A stretch of DNA of 64,000 nt, taken from assembly GCA_963643205.1 (NCBI GenBank), contig CAVIJJ010000004.1, forward strand, positions 52 to 64,051. The letters are read 5' to 3'. The translations under genes and the position numbers were made by a program. Source of the DNA: a bacterium. Its GTDB lineage: Bacteria > Bacillota > Clostridia > Christensenellales > CAG-138. The notes beneath the pieces are model-generated. The model saw only the letters and a list, made by a program, of their open reading frames with translations, was not told the DNA's origin and searched no databases. How positions within the stretch are numbered: the first letter of the stretch is position 1; each line of letters begins with the position of its first letter. Below are positions 17,139-27,163 of the stretch, piece by piece.

Positions 17139-17210
17139 AAAGTAAATATGTACCTCCGTGATTTGTACGGTTGATATTTTAATATATGCCCCAAGAGCTT
17201 TGCAACCATA

Positions 17211-17990
17211 TTATACGCTTTTCAGTATAATGTCCGCGGCCTCGGCAAAGCCGTATCCGCCCTCTTTATTGAGTATATACGCGGGCAGGCGCTCCATGCG
17301 GCCAAGAAACGGCGAAATGTTGCTTACGGCGCAGCTTAAGGGGAAGGCGGCGAACATGGGCTCATCGTTTGGTGAGTCGCCAAAGAATATGGCCTCGGTC
17401 GAAATATCGCTTATTTTGCAGCATTCCTTAAGATACTTAAGCGCCATGTCGGCCTTTGAATACGCCCCGAACCAGGCGTTCACGTGTATGCTGCTTACCT
17501 TGGCCTCGGCTCCCATGCTCCTGCAGAGCTTAGCCACGGCGTACGCCGTTTCAAGCGGCAGCTTGGGCTCATCCTCAGCAAAGTCAAACGCCGCGTCATA
17601 TATTCTGGCAAACTGATCGTGTGCCGGGCGCATAGCGGGAAACGCGCTAAATACGGCCTTCTTTACCGGCTCAAGCAGACCTTGCGGATCGGCCGCGGCA
17701 AGCGGATGGCGAATCATGCGAACATGACCCGAGCAGTCATAATCATATACAAACGCCCCGTTTTCACAAACAACGGCGAAAACCGGCCATTCCCTCAGCA
17801 TCATGTCGCACCAGCCCGCGGGCCTGCCCGTTACGGGTATAAGCCTTAAGCCGCGCGCGTTCAGCCGCCACATGGCGGAATAAGCCTCGCTTGTAAGCTT
17901 GCCGGAATTTGTAACGGTATCGTCCACATCAAAAAGAATGTATTTAAGCCTGCTCAGCTTTTGTTTGTCCGCGTCTTCAAAGCGCCGCAC
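17211..17990 (-). CDS. HAD-IIB family hydrolase
   Basis: 259 aa with the DxD motif in ILFDVDDTVT, then VTGRP and FGDSPND. GTG start at 17990 with AGGAG 6 nt upstream. There is no in-frame ATG before the DxD motif. Confidence 0.75.
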   Translation of the reverse strand: MRRFEDADKQKLSRLKYILFDVDDTVTNSGKLTSEAYSAMWRLNARGLRLIPVTGRPAGWCDMMLREWPVFAVVCENGAFVYDYDCSGHVRMIRHPLAAADPQGLLEPVKKAVFSAFPAMRPAHDQFARIYDAAFDFAEDEPKLPLETAYAVAKLCRSMGAEAKVSSIHVNAWFGAYSKADMALKYLKECCKISDISTEAIFFGDSPNDEPMFAAFPLSCAVSNISPFLGRMERLPAYILNKEGGYGFAEAADIILKSV

Positions 17991-18013
17991 GCCGTGCTCC
18001 TTTCTTCATAAGA

Positions 18014-18036
18014 GAAGCGGCCGCTTGGGCCGCTTC
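18014..18036 (-). terminator. Hairpin downstream of ftsH (weak U-tract)
   Basis: 9-bp stem GAAGCGGCC / GGCCGCTTC with a 5-nt loop, 15 nt after the ftsH stop. The minus-strand tail TCTCTTATG is only a moderate U-run. Confidence 0.45.
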
Positions 18037-18050
18037 AATATCGCTTATGG

Positions 18051-20060
18051 TTATTCGTTGGTGTTGTTCTCTTCGCCTTCGGTCTTGGCTTCGCTTTCGG
18101 CTTTCGCCTGCGCCTCAGCCTCGGCCTTTTCCTTGGCAAGAACCTCTTCATCGGCCGTTTCAAGGCGCGTGCGCCTGTCGGCAAATGTTTCAAGCGTTAC
18201 TTCCTCGCCGTTGAACAGCTTTTCAAAATCGTCGCCGTCAATGTGCTCATATTCAAGAAGCGCCTTCACTATGCGTTCCATGGCGTCCCTGTGCTCGTTA
18301 AGCACGCTCTTGGCGCGGTCGTACTGCTCCTCAAGTATGCGGCGGATTTCCTTATCAACCCTCGCCGCCACTTCCTCCGAGAAGTTGCGCTGATGTCCCC
18401 AATCCTTGGCTATGAATACCTCTGTCTGGCCGCCCAGGAACACGGGGCCTATCTCGTCGCTCATGCCGTATTCAACAACCATCTTCCTGGCAAGCTCGGT
18501 GGCCTTCTGCAGGTCGCTGTAAGCGCCGGTGCATATATCGTCAAGGAATATGCTTTCCGCCACTCGTCCGCCGAGAGCCATGGAGATTTCGTCGAGTATC
18601 TTTCCGCGGGACATATGGTCGCGGTCATCCTCGGGCATTGTCATGGTATAGCCCGCCGCTCTGCCGCGCGGTATAACGCTTATCTCGTGCACGGGATCGC
18701 AATTGGGCAGAACCCTGGCGACCACGGCGTGGCCCGCCTCGTGGTAGGCGGTAATCTTCTTATCCTCGGGGGTGATAACGTGGCTGCGCTTTTCGGGGCC
18801 GACCACTGTGCGGGTTATGGCCTCCTCAAGCTCCGTCATGCCGATTTCCTTTTTCTTGTACCTTGCGGCAAGTATGGCGGCCTCGTTCAGCACGTTTTCA
18901 AGATCCGCGCCGGTAAAGCCGGGTGTACGCTTGGCAAGAACGGAAAGGCTTACCTCCGCGGCTAAGGGCTTGCCCTTGGCGTGAACCTTCAGAATGGCTT
19001 CGCGGCCCTTTACGTCGGGGTAATTTACGGTTATCTGCCTGTCAAACCTGCCGGGGCGCAGAAGCGCGGGATCGAGAATATCCGGGCGGTTGGTGGCGGC
19101 TATAACTATTATGCCCTCGTTTATGGCAAAGCCGTCCATCTCAACAAGCAGCTGGTTAAGCGTTTGCTCGCGCTCATCATGGCCGCCGCCGAGACCCGCT
19201 CCGCGCTGACGGCCAACGGCGTCTATCTCGTCTATAAACACAACGGCGGGGGCGCACTTCTTGGCGGTTGTGAAAAGGTCTCTCACGCGGCTCGCGCCAA
19301 CGCCTACGAACATTTCAACAAAGTCCGAACCGGATATGGAGAAGAAGGGAACCTTCGCCTCGCCCGCAACGGCCTTGGCAAGCAGGGTTTTGCCGGTACC
19401 CGGAGGGCCTACAAGCAGCACGCCCTTGGGGATCCTGGCGCCCATTTCCGTAAAACGCTTGGGCGCGCGCATGAACTCAACAACCTCTTTGAGCTCTTCC
19501 TTTTCCTCGTCAGCGCCCGCCACATCGTCGAACGTAACGCGGTTGTTGGGGTCTACCTGCGTGCGGGCGTGGGCCTTGCCAAAGCTCATCATCTTGTTGC
19601 CGCCGCCCTGAGCGCGCATCATAACAAAGTAGAACAACACTATTACGCCCAGCATTATAAGGTAGGGCAGAACGTATTCAAGTATGGAAGGATCCGGCGG
19701 CGGATTATAGGTGTAAGTAAAAGGATAATCCTCCGGCGTGACCTTGTCGGCATCGGTTCCGTTTTGGGTGGCAACTATTGCAGCCATGTCCGCACGGAAG
19801 GCGCTTTCGCTGGATACCTTGCAGATATAGTCGTATTTGTCGGGGAAAAGATCCTTATACTTGGAGTTCTTTTCTATTGCCACAATCTCACCGTTGCAGT
19901 ACTCAACGGCTTCCAGCTTATCGGACTTTGCCATTTCAAGAAGATCGGCATAGTCTATGCTCTTATCATCGCTGTCCCCGCTTTGCAGCTGCGTAAGCAG
20001 CACCACCAGCAGCAGAACAATGACCAGATAGATAAGCGGTGTTTTCAGCTTTTTACCCAA
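18051..20060 (-). CDS. ftsH: ATP-dependent zinc metalloprotease FtsH
   Basis: AAA+ Walker [19 protein letters not shown], Walker [32 protein letters not shown], zinc site HEAGHAV. TTG start at 20060 lies 5 nt after AGGAGG and gives 669 aa with the expected N-terminal TM helix. Confidence 0.9.
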   Translation of the reverse strand: MGKKLKTPLIYLVIVLLLVVLLTQLQSGDSDDKSIDYADLLEMAKSDKLEAVEYCNGEIVAIEKNSKYKDLFPDKYDYICKVSSESAFRADMAAIVATQNGTDADKVTPEDYPFTYTYNPPPDPSILEYVLPYLIMLGVIVLFYFVMMRAQGGGNKMMSFGKAHARTQVDPNNRVTFDDVAGADEEKEELKEVVEFMRAPKRFTEMGARIPKGVLLVGPPGTGKTLLAKAVAGEAKVPFFSISGSDFVEMFVGVGASRVRDLFTTAKKCAPAVVFIDEIDAVGRQRGAGLGGGHDEREQTLNQLLVEMDGFAINEGIIVIAATNRPDILDPALLRPGRFDRQITVNYPDVKGREAILKVHAKGKPLAAEVSLSVLAKRTPGFTGADLENVLNEAAILAARYKKKEIGMTELEEAITRTVVGPEKRSHVITPEDKKITAYHEAGHAVVARVLPNCDPVHEISVIPRGRAAGYTMTMPEDDRDHMSRGKILDEISMALGGRVAESIFLDDICTGAYSDLQKATELARKMVVEYGMSDEIGPVFLGGQTEVFIAKDWGHQRNFSEEVAARVDKEIRRILEEQYDRAKSVLNEHRDAMERIVKALLEYEHIDGDDFEKLFNGEEVTLETFADRRTRLETADEEVLAKEKAEAEAQAKAESEAKTEGEENNTNE

Positions 20061-20304
20061 TTTGTCCTCCTGACACGCCCACAGAACGCGGGCATATCGT
20101 TCCAATTTAATTATCCTTGTAATCATATCACACTTTGAGCTTATGAGCAAATATTCAATATGAGCAATATTGTGAAAAAACATAGCCGCCGGTGGCACGG
20201 CGCAGTGTACTTTTTTATTGAGAAAAGGAGCTGATTGTGGTAGTGTATATGCATTGAATTTAATTATTGGCCCACAAGGGCCTAGAAAGGATAAAATTTT
20301 TGCC

Positions 20305-22164
20305 ATGAAACGGATTACAAAAATGCTGTCTATGCTGCTGGCGCTCGTTACGGCGCTGAGCCTGTTCGGCTGCTCGGTTATGCCAACCGATACGGCCGAG
20401 CCCACAGCCGCCGCGGTTACGGAAACCGCTCAGGTTGTTGAGACCGCCGCTCCCGAGCCCACGCTTGACCCCGCTACGGAGGCCGCGGAGGCCGCGCTTA
20501 AGGCGCTTGACGAGAAAATATTCTGCACGGACGTTGCAAGCGACGCGCTTACTTTTCATCTTACGCTCGCTCATCCGGAGAATTTTCCCCTTATAACCGA
20601 TTATCCTACCGGCTGGGGCGATTTCAGCTACGCCGCGCAGGAGGAATCCATTGCCGAAAACGATGAATGGTTTGAGGAGCTTTGCGCGATAGACCGCGAT
20701 GCCCTTACGGATGATTCCAAAATAACCTACGATACCCTTTATCAGACCCTTGAGCCGGACGGAACCGGCATGGATTATTATTACTACAGCGAGGTACTCG
20801 ATACCCTTGTGGGACTGCACTCCAATCTGCCGCTGAACCTTGTGTTTTACGATATGGACTGCAAGGAAGACGTTGAGAACTACCTGATCCTTCTTGCGGA
20901 TACCCCGCGCTATGTTGACCAGATACTCGCCTTTGAGCAGGAGAAATCCGCAGCCGGCAAGTTCATGCGCGACAGCGCCCTTGATACCGTGCTTGAGCAG
21001 ATACAGGACTTTATAGATTCCCGCGAAACCTGCTTCCTGCTCGGCACTTTTGATGAGTTCATAGCCGATATAGACGAGCTTACCGACGAGGAGCGCGCGG
21101 CATACAGCGCAAGGAACGCGGAGCTTGTGAACGCGCTTATAGATTCCTATCAGGTGCTTTACGATGGCCTTGAGGCCCTTCGCGGAACGGCTACAAACGA
21201 GGCCGGCCTTTGCGAGTACGGCGACGAGGGCAAGGCGTATTTTGAGGCGGAGCTTAAATACAACGCCTGCAGCGACATAACGCCGGAGGAAGCGCTGAAC
21301 GTGCTCAACAGCGAGCTTGATACCATGATAAACAAGCTCTATAACGCTATGGATAAGGACCCCACTGTTTCCGAAAGGTACGACAAGGTAAATCTTTCCG
21401 TAGGCACAACCGAGGAAAACATGGAATACCTTGAAAAACTGATGGCGGATTACTATCCCGCGCTTCCGGAGCACACGGTAACGTTTATGGATTGCCCGAG
21501 CGAGCTTGAGGATCAGTTCAGCCCCGCGGCGTACCTTATTCCCCCGGTGGATGACGCGAGTGAGAACCTTATAATACTCAACGCCAAAACGCTTGAGGAC
21601 GAAACAAGATACCTTGATACCCTGGCGCACGAGGGCTACCCCGGACACATGTATCATTATCAGTATCTGCGCACGCTTACCGAGAAAACCGGCTATACCC
21701 GCCAGAATCTTTCACTTACGGGTTATTATGAAAGCTGGTCTCAGTCCGCGGAGATATTCTTTGATAATTACAATACCCGCTTCGGCGCACCGTACTGCAA
21801 CTTTATGAACGCGAACTCCAGCATAAGCGGCCTGCTGCTGCCTGCCATAGCCAGCATACAGGTAAACTATTACGGCGCCACGGTTGATGATCTTTATGAG
21901 ATTACCTCATCCTATTACAGCGAGGACGCGGCAATGGAGCTTGCGGAAACGTATTATCAGTACGCCGTTGAGAACCCGTTCTACTTTATAAAGTATGCCG
22001 TTGGCTTCAGCATATATCAGCAGAAGCTTGCGGAGGCCAAAAAGCTTTGCGATATCAAGTTTGACCTTATGAGCTTTAACGAAACCTATTTGAACATAGG
22101 GCCCACCTATTTCAATATATCCATGCCCATAATGGACGAATGGATAAGCGAGCATAAGAAATAA
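20305..22164 (+). CDS. DUF885 family lipoprotein
   Basis: Start [23 protein letters not shown] carries a lipobox (LFGC). Conserved DUF885 block [15 protein letters not shown]. The upstream 29 codons of the track ORF lack any signal peptide logic. Confidence 0.75.
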   Translation: MKRITKMLSMLLALVTALSLFGCSVMPTDTAEPTAAAVTETAQVVETAAPEPTLDPATEAAEAALKALDEKIFCTDVASDALTFHLTLAHPENFPLITDYPTGWGDFSYAAQEESIAENDEWFEELCAIDRDALTDDSKITYDTLYQTLEPDGTGMDYYYYSEVLDTLVGLHSNLPLNLVFYDMDCKEDVENYLILLADTPRYVDQILAFEQEKSAAGKFMRDSALDTVLEQIQDFIDSRETCFLLGTFDEFIADIDELTDEERAAYSARNAELVNALIDSYQVLYDGLEALRGTATNEAGLCEYGDEGKAYFEAELKYNACSDITPEEALNVLNSELDTMINKLYNAMDKDPTVSERYDKVNLSVGTTEENMEYLEKLMADYYPALPEHTVTFMDCPSELEDQFSPAAYLIPPVDDASENLIILNAKTLEDETRYLDTLAHEGYPGHMYHYQYLRTLTEKTGYTRQNLSLTGYYESWSQSAEIFFDNYNTRFGAPYCNFMNANSSISGLLLPAIASIQVNYYGATVDDLYEITSSYYSEDAAMELAETYYQYAVENPFYFIKYAVGFSIYQQKLAEAKKLCDIKFDLMSFNETYLNIGPTYFNISMPIMDEWISEHKK

Positions 22165-22166
22165 TC

Positions 22167-22847
22167 ATGCTTGGGCTCGGAACAATAGTAAACGCGGCGG
22201 CGATAGCGGCCGGCTGCGCCATAGGTATGCTTGCCAAGCGCGGCATAAGCCAGCGGGTTATGGATGCCGTTATGAAGGGCGTCGCGCTCTGCATAGTATA
22301 CATTGGCATAGACGGAATGCTTGAGGGCAGCAAAACGCTGGCGATTATAATAGCCATGGCGGTTGGCGCGGGCATAGGCACGCTGCTTGATCTGGACGGC
22401 AAAATGAGCAAGCTTGGCGACATTGTTGAAAAGCGGCTCGCCGGAGGCGGCGCGGGCATAGCGCAGGGATTTGTTACGGCAAGCCTTATATTCTGCGTTG
22501 GAGCCATGGCGGTTGTGGGCAGCCTGCAGAGCGGCCTTAAAGGCGACAATTCCACCCTATACACAAAGGCTTTGCTGGACGGAATAAGCTCCATGGTGCT
22601 TACGGCAAGCCTTGGCGTGGGCGTTGGGCTTTCGGCCGTAAGCGTGCTTGTGTACCAGGGCGCGCTTACGCTGCTCGCGGGGCTTCTTTCCCCGGTGCTC
22701 AGCGATGCCGTAATAGCCGAAATGACCTGCGTGGGCAGCATACTTATTATGGCGCTGGGGCTTAATATGCTGGGCATAACCAAGCTGAAGGTTATGGACT
22801 ATATACTGGCCATATTCCTTGTTATACCGCTTTGCTACATAATGTAA
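22167..22847 (+). CDS. DUF554 family membrane protein
   Basis: 226 aa, polytopic, with N-terminus MLGLGTIVNAAAIAAGCAIG typical of DUF554 (YdfK-like). Starts 2 nt after the DUF885 stop. Confidence 0.7.
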   Translation: MLGLGTIVNAAAIAAGCAIGMLAKRGISQRVMDAVMKGVALCIVYIGIDGMLEGSKTLAIIIAMAVGAGIGTLLDLDGKMSKLGDIVEKRLAGGGAGIAQGFVTASLIFCVGAMAVVGSLQSGLKGDNSTLYTKALLDGISSMVLTASLGVGVGLSAVSVLVYQGALTLLAGLLSPVLSDAVIAEMTCVGSILIMALGLNMLGITKLKVMDYILAIFLVIPLCYIM

Positions 22848-22943
22848 ATCTGTCAAAGCCGCGCTTTGAGTGATGACGGGGCGCGGCAAAAGTGATTGAA
22901 TAAACGCACTACATACGGAATTATAAGAAGGGAGATTCTAACA

Positions 22944-23408
22944 ATGCCTTTTTGCACGAATTGCGGCTCGCAATACGATGAAGGAACAAAGTTCTGCCCC
23001 AACTGCGGCGCGAGCACCGCTGAGGAAACCGAAAAGCAGACAAACAGCACCTATACTGAGCAGAACACTCAGCAGAATACCTACCAGCAGCCGGTAAATC
23101 CGCAGCCTGCCTATCAGCAGAGTGCTTCGGACAACAGCAAAACTTTTGCTATACTGGCAGTTGTGTTCCCGATTCTGTTTTTCCTGCCCCTCGTTGCCAA
23201 TCCTAAAACGGAGTTCGGCACATTCTGGGCCAATCAGTCACTGCTGCTTTTGCTGCTCAGCATTGTTGGCAGCTTAACGGCCGGTATACTGATCGGGATT
23301 GCTGTATATATATTTGAAGTTGTGCTTTGGATAATGGCGCTTATAAGCGTTTGCAAGGGCGAAATGAAGCCCCTGCCCCTTATCGGCGGTATACAGATTA
23401 TAAAGTAA
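22944..23408 (+). CDS. Zinc-ribbon domain membrane protein
   Basis: MPFCTNCGSQYDEGTKFCPNCG (CxxC-N11-CxxC), then a Gln-rich linker and a C-terminal hydrophobic domain. ATG at 22944 is preceded by AAGGGAG. Confidence 0.7.
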   Translation: MPFCTNCGSQYDEGTKFCPNCGASTAEETEKQTNSTYTEQNTQQNTYQQPVNPQPAYQQSASDNSKTFAILAVVFPILFFLPLVANPKTEFGTFWANQSLLLLLLSIVGSLTAGILIGIAVYIFEVVLWIMALISVCKGEMKPLPLIGGIQIIK

Positions 23409-23416
23409 TTGCAAAT

Positions 23417-23456
23417 TAAAAAAGCGAGGCTCCTCAAGCGGGGAGCCTCATTTTTA
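23417..23456. terminator. Bidirectional intrinsic terminator (zinc-ribbon gene / glnN)
   Basis: 8-bp stem GAGGCTCC / GGAGCCTC (23426-23433 and 23442-23449), flanked by AAAAAA and ATTTTT. Confidence 0.8.
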
Positions 23457-23469
23457 TATCGTGTTTAAC

Positions 23470-25554
23470 TTATTCGGCGTTCAGCAGCAGCTGCTCGTAG
23501 TTCGGGAAGGGCCATGCCTCGTGCGGGGTTATGCTCTCAAGTGAATCGGCCGCGAGCCTTACGGCGGCCATGGCGGGGATAACCTCATCGCGGCAGCGGC
23601 AGGCGCGTTCGTGCGCGCAGTCCGCTTCACCGGCGTGCTTAAGGGCCTCGTCAAGGGTGGATTTGGCGCTGTTAAGCTGCTCAAGCAGATCCATGCCCTC
23701 TTTAAGCGTGCGTACCTCGCTTTCGCTGCGCACGCCTATCTGCTGCTTGCGGTAAATGGTTTCGGCAAGCTCGCCCTGCGCGCGGCTTACGGCGGGAATA
23801 ATATCCTGCGCCGTCATTTCGGCCATTGTGCGGCCCTCTATCTCCGCAAGCTTTGCGTATGTTTCAAGCGAAACCTCGTAGCGGGAAAGCATTTCGCGGC
23901 GGGAGAATATGCCGTATTTGCTGAAAAGGGCAACGTTTTCTTCCGCTATTGAGCGCTCTTGCGCCTCAACCGTTGTTTTAAGGTTGTAAAGTCCTCTGCT
24001 TTCGGCTTCCTTTTCCCAGTCCGCGGAATAGCAGTTTCCGCTGTATATTATGCGCTTATGCCTCTTGTATTCGCTGCGGATAATCTCGCGTGCGGCGGCT
24101 TCCTTGTCGTCGGCCTTTTCAAGCGTGTCCGCAAACCTTGCCACGGCTTCCGCCACAACGGTATTAAGAACTATGTTCGCGTCGGCTATGGACTGCGCGC
24201 TGCCGGGCATGCGGAACTCAAACTTGTTTCCGGTAAACGCGAAGGGGGAGGTACGGTTTCTGTCCGTATTGTCCGCCTTTACGCGGGGCATGGCGTCCAC
24301 GCCCATGCTTATGAACTGCTGCTCGGTGTGGCTGTAATCACTGCCCTCGCTCAATGTGTCAAGTATCTCGTTAAGCTCATCGCCCAGGAACACGGATATA
24401 ACCGCCGGCGGCGCTTCGGTCTGGCCAAGGCGCAGGTCATTTGAGTAAGAGCAGGCGCTGAAGCGGATAAGATCCTGGTGATCGTCCACGGCGGCTATAA
24501 CGGCGGTTAAAAGCAGCAGGAAAAGCGTGTTTTCGCTGGGCTCTTTGCCGGGGTTGAAAAGGTTTTCGCCGCTGTCTGTGCTCAGCGACCAGTTGTTGTG
24601 CTTGCCGCTGCCGTTCATGCCGTCAAAGGGCTTTTCATGCAGCAGGCATACCATGCCGTGCTTGGGGGCAATGCGCTTCATCAGCTCCATTATAAGCTGG
24701 TTATGGTCGGTTGCGCTGTTCGCTCCGCTGAATACCGGCGCAAGCTCGTGCTGGCCGGGAGCGACCTCTTTATGCTCCGTTTTCGCGAAAACGCCAAGCT
24801 TCCAAAGCTCCCTGTCAAGGTCCGCCATAAATGCCTTTACGCGGGTATCGAGAGTGCCGTAATAATGGTCGTCAAGCTCCTGGCTCTTCGCGGGCTTCGC
24901 GCCGAAAAGCGTTCTGCCGCAGAGCACAAGGTCTCGCCTTTTTGCCCAAAGCGCTTTATCAACAAGGAAATATTCCTGCTCCGCGCCAACGCTTGGCGTA
25001 ATGCGCTCTATGTCCGTGCGGCCCATGGCGCGCACAAGGCGCAGGGCTTCCTTATTTATAAGCTGAGCGGAACGCAGAAGCGGCGTTTTCTTATCAAGGG
25101 CATCGCCGTCGTATGAAAGGAATACGGTGGGTATGCAAAGAGTATCTTCTTTTATAAAGGCATAAGCGGTGGGGTCCCAGGCGGTGTAGCCGCGGGCTTC
25201 AAAGGTTGCCCTAAGACCGCCGGAGGGGAAGCTGGAGGCGTCTGATTCGCCCACAACAAGCTCCTTGCCGGAAAAATCGAGTATTGCGCCGCCGTTAGAG
25301 CCCGGGGAAATAAAAGCCTCGTGCTTTTCCGCCGTTATTCCGGTGAGCGGCTGGAACCAATGCGTAAAATGGGTGGCGCCCTTTTCTATTGCCCAGTCCT
25401 TCATGGCCGCGGCAATGGGGGTTGCAATGTGCCTGGCGAGCGGGGCGCCGCACTTTATGGTTTCCTTAAGGGCGGCATAAACATCCTCCGCAAGGCGCTC
25501 GCGCATTACGGCTTCGTTAAATACCATTGATCCGAAATCGAATTTGTTTGGCAT
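23470..25554 (-). CDS. glnN: Type III glutamine synthetase
   Basis: 694 aa, the size and blocks of GS type III: FTHWFQPLTG, AEQEYFLVD, HEVAPGQHE, NGSGKHNNWS, TSPFAFTGNKFEFR. Confidence 0.9.
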   Translation of the reverse strand: MPNKFDFGSMVFNEAVMRERLAEDVYAALKETIKCGAPLARHIATPIAAAMKDWAIEKGATHFTHWFQPLTGITAEKHEAFISPGSNGGAILDFSGKELVVGESDASSFPSGGLRATFEARGYTAWDPTAYAFIKEDTLCIPTVFLSYDGDALDKKTPLLRSAQLINKEALRLVRAMGRTDIERITPSVGAEQEYFLVDKALWAKRRDLVLCGRTLFGAKPAKSQELDDHYYGTLDTRVKAFMADLDRELWKLGVFAKTEHKEVAPGQHELAPVFSGANSATDHNQLIMELMKRIAPKHGMVCLLHEKPFDGMNGSGKHNNWSLSTDSGENLFNPGKEPSENTLFLLLLTAVIAAVDDHQDLIRFSACSYSNDLRLGQTEAPPAVISVFLGDELNEILDTLSEGSDYSHTEQQFISMGVDAMPRVKADNTDRNRTSPFAFTGNKFEFRMPGSAQSIADANIVLNTVVAEAVARFADTLEKADDKEAAAREIIRSEYKRHKRIIYSGNCYSADWEKEAESRGLYNLKTTVEAQERSIAEENVALFSKYGIFSRREMLSRYEVSLETYAKLAEIEGRTMAEMTAQDIIPAVSRAQGELAETIYRKQQIGVRSESEVRTLKEGMDLLEQLNSAKSTLDEALKHAGEADCAHERACRCRDEVIPAMAAVRLAADSLESITPHEAWPFPNYEQLLLNAE

Positions 25555-25588
25555 GGCTTAGTCCTTCCCAAATAATAATAACCATCAT

Positions 25589-25617
25589 ATTATAGATTAG
25601 CTTTTGCCCGGATACAA
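25589..25617 (-). promoter_or_regulatory. Sigma-A-like promoter upstream of glnN (TTGTAT-17-TATAAT)
   Basis: On the minus strand, TTGTAT (25617-25612), a 17-nt spacer, then TATAAT (25594-25589). Lies about 35 nt upstream of the start codon. Confidence 0.5.
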
Positions 25618-25694
25618 GCAAAAAAGCAAAAATCCATTCATTTTTATTGTTTGCCGCGGCATAAGCACTGCTTTCATGCGGGGCGGCTGCCATA

Positions 25695-25724
25695 ATAAAA
25701 GCCCGGCATTGACCGCTGCCGGGC
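25695..25724 (-). terminator. Intrinsic terminator downstream of the MATE gene
   Basis: 8-bp stem GCCCGGCA / TGCCGGGC (25701-25708 and 25717-25724), followed on the minus strand by TTTTAT. Confidence 0.65.
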
Positions 25725-25743
25725 ATAATCGGTTTTTCTATGG

Positions 25744-27156
25744 TTACTCATCCTCTTTAGGCAGGTGCCTGAAGAAGGAAACGCACATGGGGATGGCCAC
25801 CAGGAAGGAGGCCACGTCCGCCGCGGCCTGCGCGCTCAGCACGCCGGTAAGCCGGAGCAGGGGAGGCAGTACGGCTATGAACAGCAAAAAGAATATTCCC
25901 TGGCGGCAGGAGGAAAGGAAGCTTGCCGCGGCCGCCTTGCCAACCGCCTGAAACGTCATATTGTTCACCACAACGAACGGAACCGTAGGCATTGCCAAGC
26001 ACTGAATTCTCAGCGCCAGCGTGCCTATTTCAACAACAGTGGGGTCGGAGCTTAAGAACGCGGTTATAATCTGGGGCGCGAACGCGAAGGCAACGGCGCT
26101 GGCGGCGGTCATTATGCCTATGCCCAAAAGAAGGGTGAACCTGTATGCCGCGCGAACGCGGGAGTATTTTTTCGCGCCGTAGTTATAGCCAACAACAGGC
26201 TGATAGCCCTGGCCCAAGCCGAGGGCCGCTGAGAATATAAGCATGAATACCTTGCTTACTATGCTCATTGCAGCAACGGCGGCATCGCCGTAAACCATTG
26301 CGCTGCGGTTCAGGGCAATGCTGGATACGCTTGCCAAACCCTGGCGGAGCAGGGCGGGGAGACCCGTTTTGAATATGTCCGCAAGCATGGCTGGCTTGAA
26401 CTCAATAAGCTTCACACCCGGGCGAACAACGGTGAAGTTCGGGCGAACGTAGGCGAAAAGCAGTATGCTCATGCTTATAAACTGGCTTAGGGCCGTTGCT
26501 ATGGCGGCGCCCGCCGTGCCTAAGGCAAAGGTATGGATAAAGAGGGGATCGAGCACCATGTTGAGTATGCCGCCAGTGGTTATGCCTACCATGGCGTATT
26601 TAAGCTTACCCTCCGCGCGCAGCAGGTTATTCATAACAAATGCCACAACCATGAACGGCGCGCCAACAAGAATATACTTGGCGTATGCCCTGGCGTAAGG
26701 AAGCATTGTATCCGTAGCTCCCAAAAGACGCATAAGCGGATCGAGGAACGATAAACCTAAGCAAAGTATAAGCACGCCGAAAAGAACGGCAAGCAGCAGC
26801 GCCGTGCTCGCTATGCGGTTAGCCTTATCGTAATCCTTTTCGCCGAGGCGGCGGGAAATAAGGCTGCTTGCGCCCTGGCCTATTGTGAAGCCAGCGGCCT
26901 GTATAACCCCCATAAGGGAGAACACAATGCCAACCCCGCCGGACGCGCTTGTGCCAAGCTGACCCACAAAATAGGTATCGGCGCTGTTGTATATGCTGGT
27001 TACAAGCATGCTTATAACCGCGGGTATGCCCATCGCGAGCACCACGCGGCTTACACGCCCCGTGGTCATGCGCTTGTATTGCTTTTCCTGAATATCCGCC
27101 GCCGTGGCGGAGTTTGTCTGCGTTTCTGTGTTTTGCTCCGTGGTATTATTCCGCAT
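25744..27156 (-). CDS. MATE family efflux transporter
   Basis: About 470 aa with 12 predicted TM helices and MATE-like blocks (GIPAVISMLVTSIYNSADTYFVGQLG, NLLRAEGK). ATG at 27156; the track start at 27162 is TTG. Confidence 0.85.
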   Translation of the reverse strand: MRNNTTEQNTETQTNSATAADIQEKQYKRMTTGRVSRVVLAMGIPAVISMLVTSIYNSADTYFVGQLGTSASGGVGIVFSLMGVIQAAGFTIGQGASSLISRRLGEKDYDKANRIASTALLLAVLFGVLILCLGLSFLDPLMRLLGATDTMLPYARAYAKYILVGAPFMVVAFVMNNLLRAEGKLKYAMVGITTGGILNMVLDPLFIHTFALGTAGAAIATALSQFISMSILLFAYVRPNFTVVRPGVKLIEFKPAMLADIFKTGLPALLRQGLASVSSIALNRSAMVYGDAAVAAMSIVSKVFMLIFSAALGLGQGYQPVVGYNYGAKKYSRVRAAYRFTLLLGIGIMTAASAVAFAFAPQIITAFLSSDPTVVEIGTLALRIQCLAMPTVPFVVVNNMTFQAVGKAAAASFLSSCRQGIFFLLFIAVLPPLLRLTGVLSAQAAADVASFLVAIPMCVSFFRHLPKEDE

Positions 27157-27163
27157 AGGCAAA

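Noticed and set aside
20176-20215. Terminator-like hairpin (GCCGCCG...CGGCG, flanked by A- and T-runs) in the ftsH/DUF885 divergent region
   Set aside because: The stem is short and imperfect, and the T-run is 8 nt from the stem. No upstream gene on either strand would need termination there.
20061-20405. 115-codon N-terminal extension of the ftsH ORF in the track (784 aa)
   Set aside because: The extension has no FtsH-like sequence. It would run through the divergent promoter region and overlap the start of the DUF885 gene. A TTG start at 20060, 5 nt after AGGAGG, gives the canonical FtsH N-terminus with its TM helix.
20260-21657. 465-aa minus-strand ORF opposite the DUF885 gene. Similar long antisense ORFs occur at 18981-20138 (opposite ftsH), 55897-56811 (opposite an M42 gene), 6413-7339 (opposite nagZ) and 10984-11745 (opposite dusB).
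   Set aside because: All lie entirely within genes that carry clear family motifs on the other strand. Their translations are Arg/Gly/Ala/Lys-rich shadow-frame sequences without recognisable domains or start signals.
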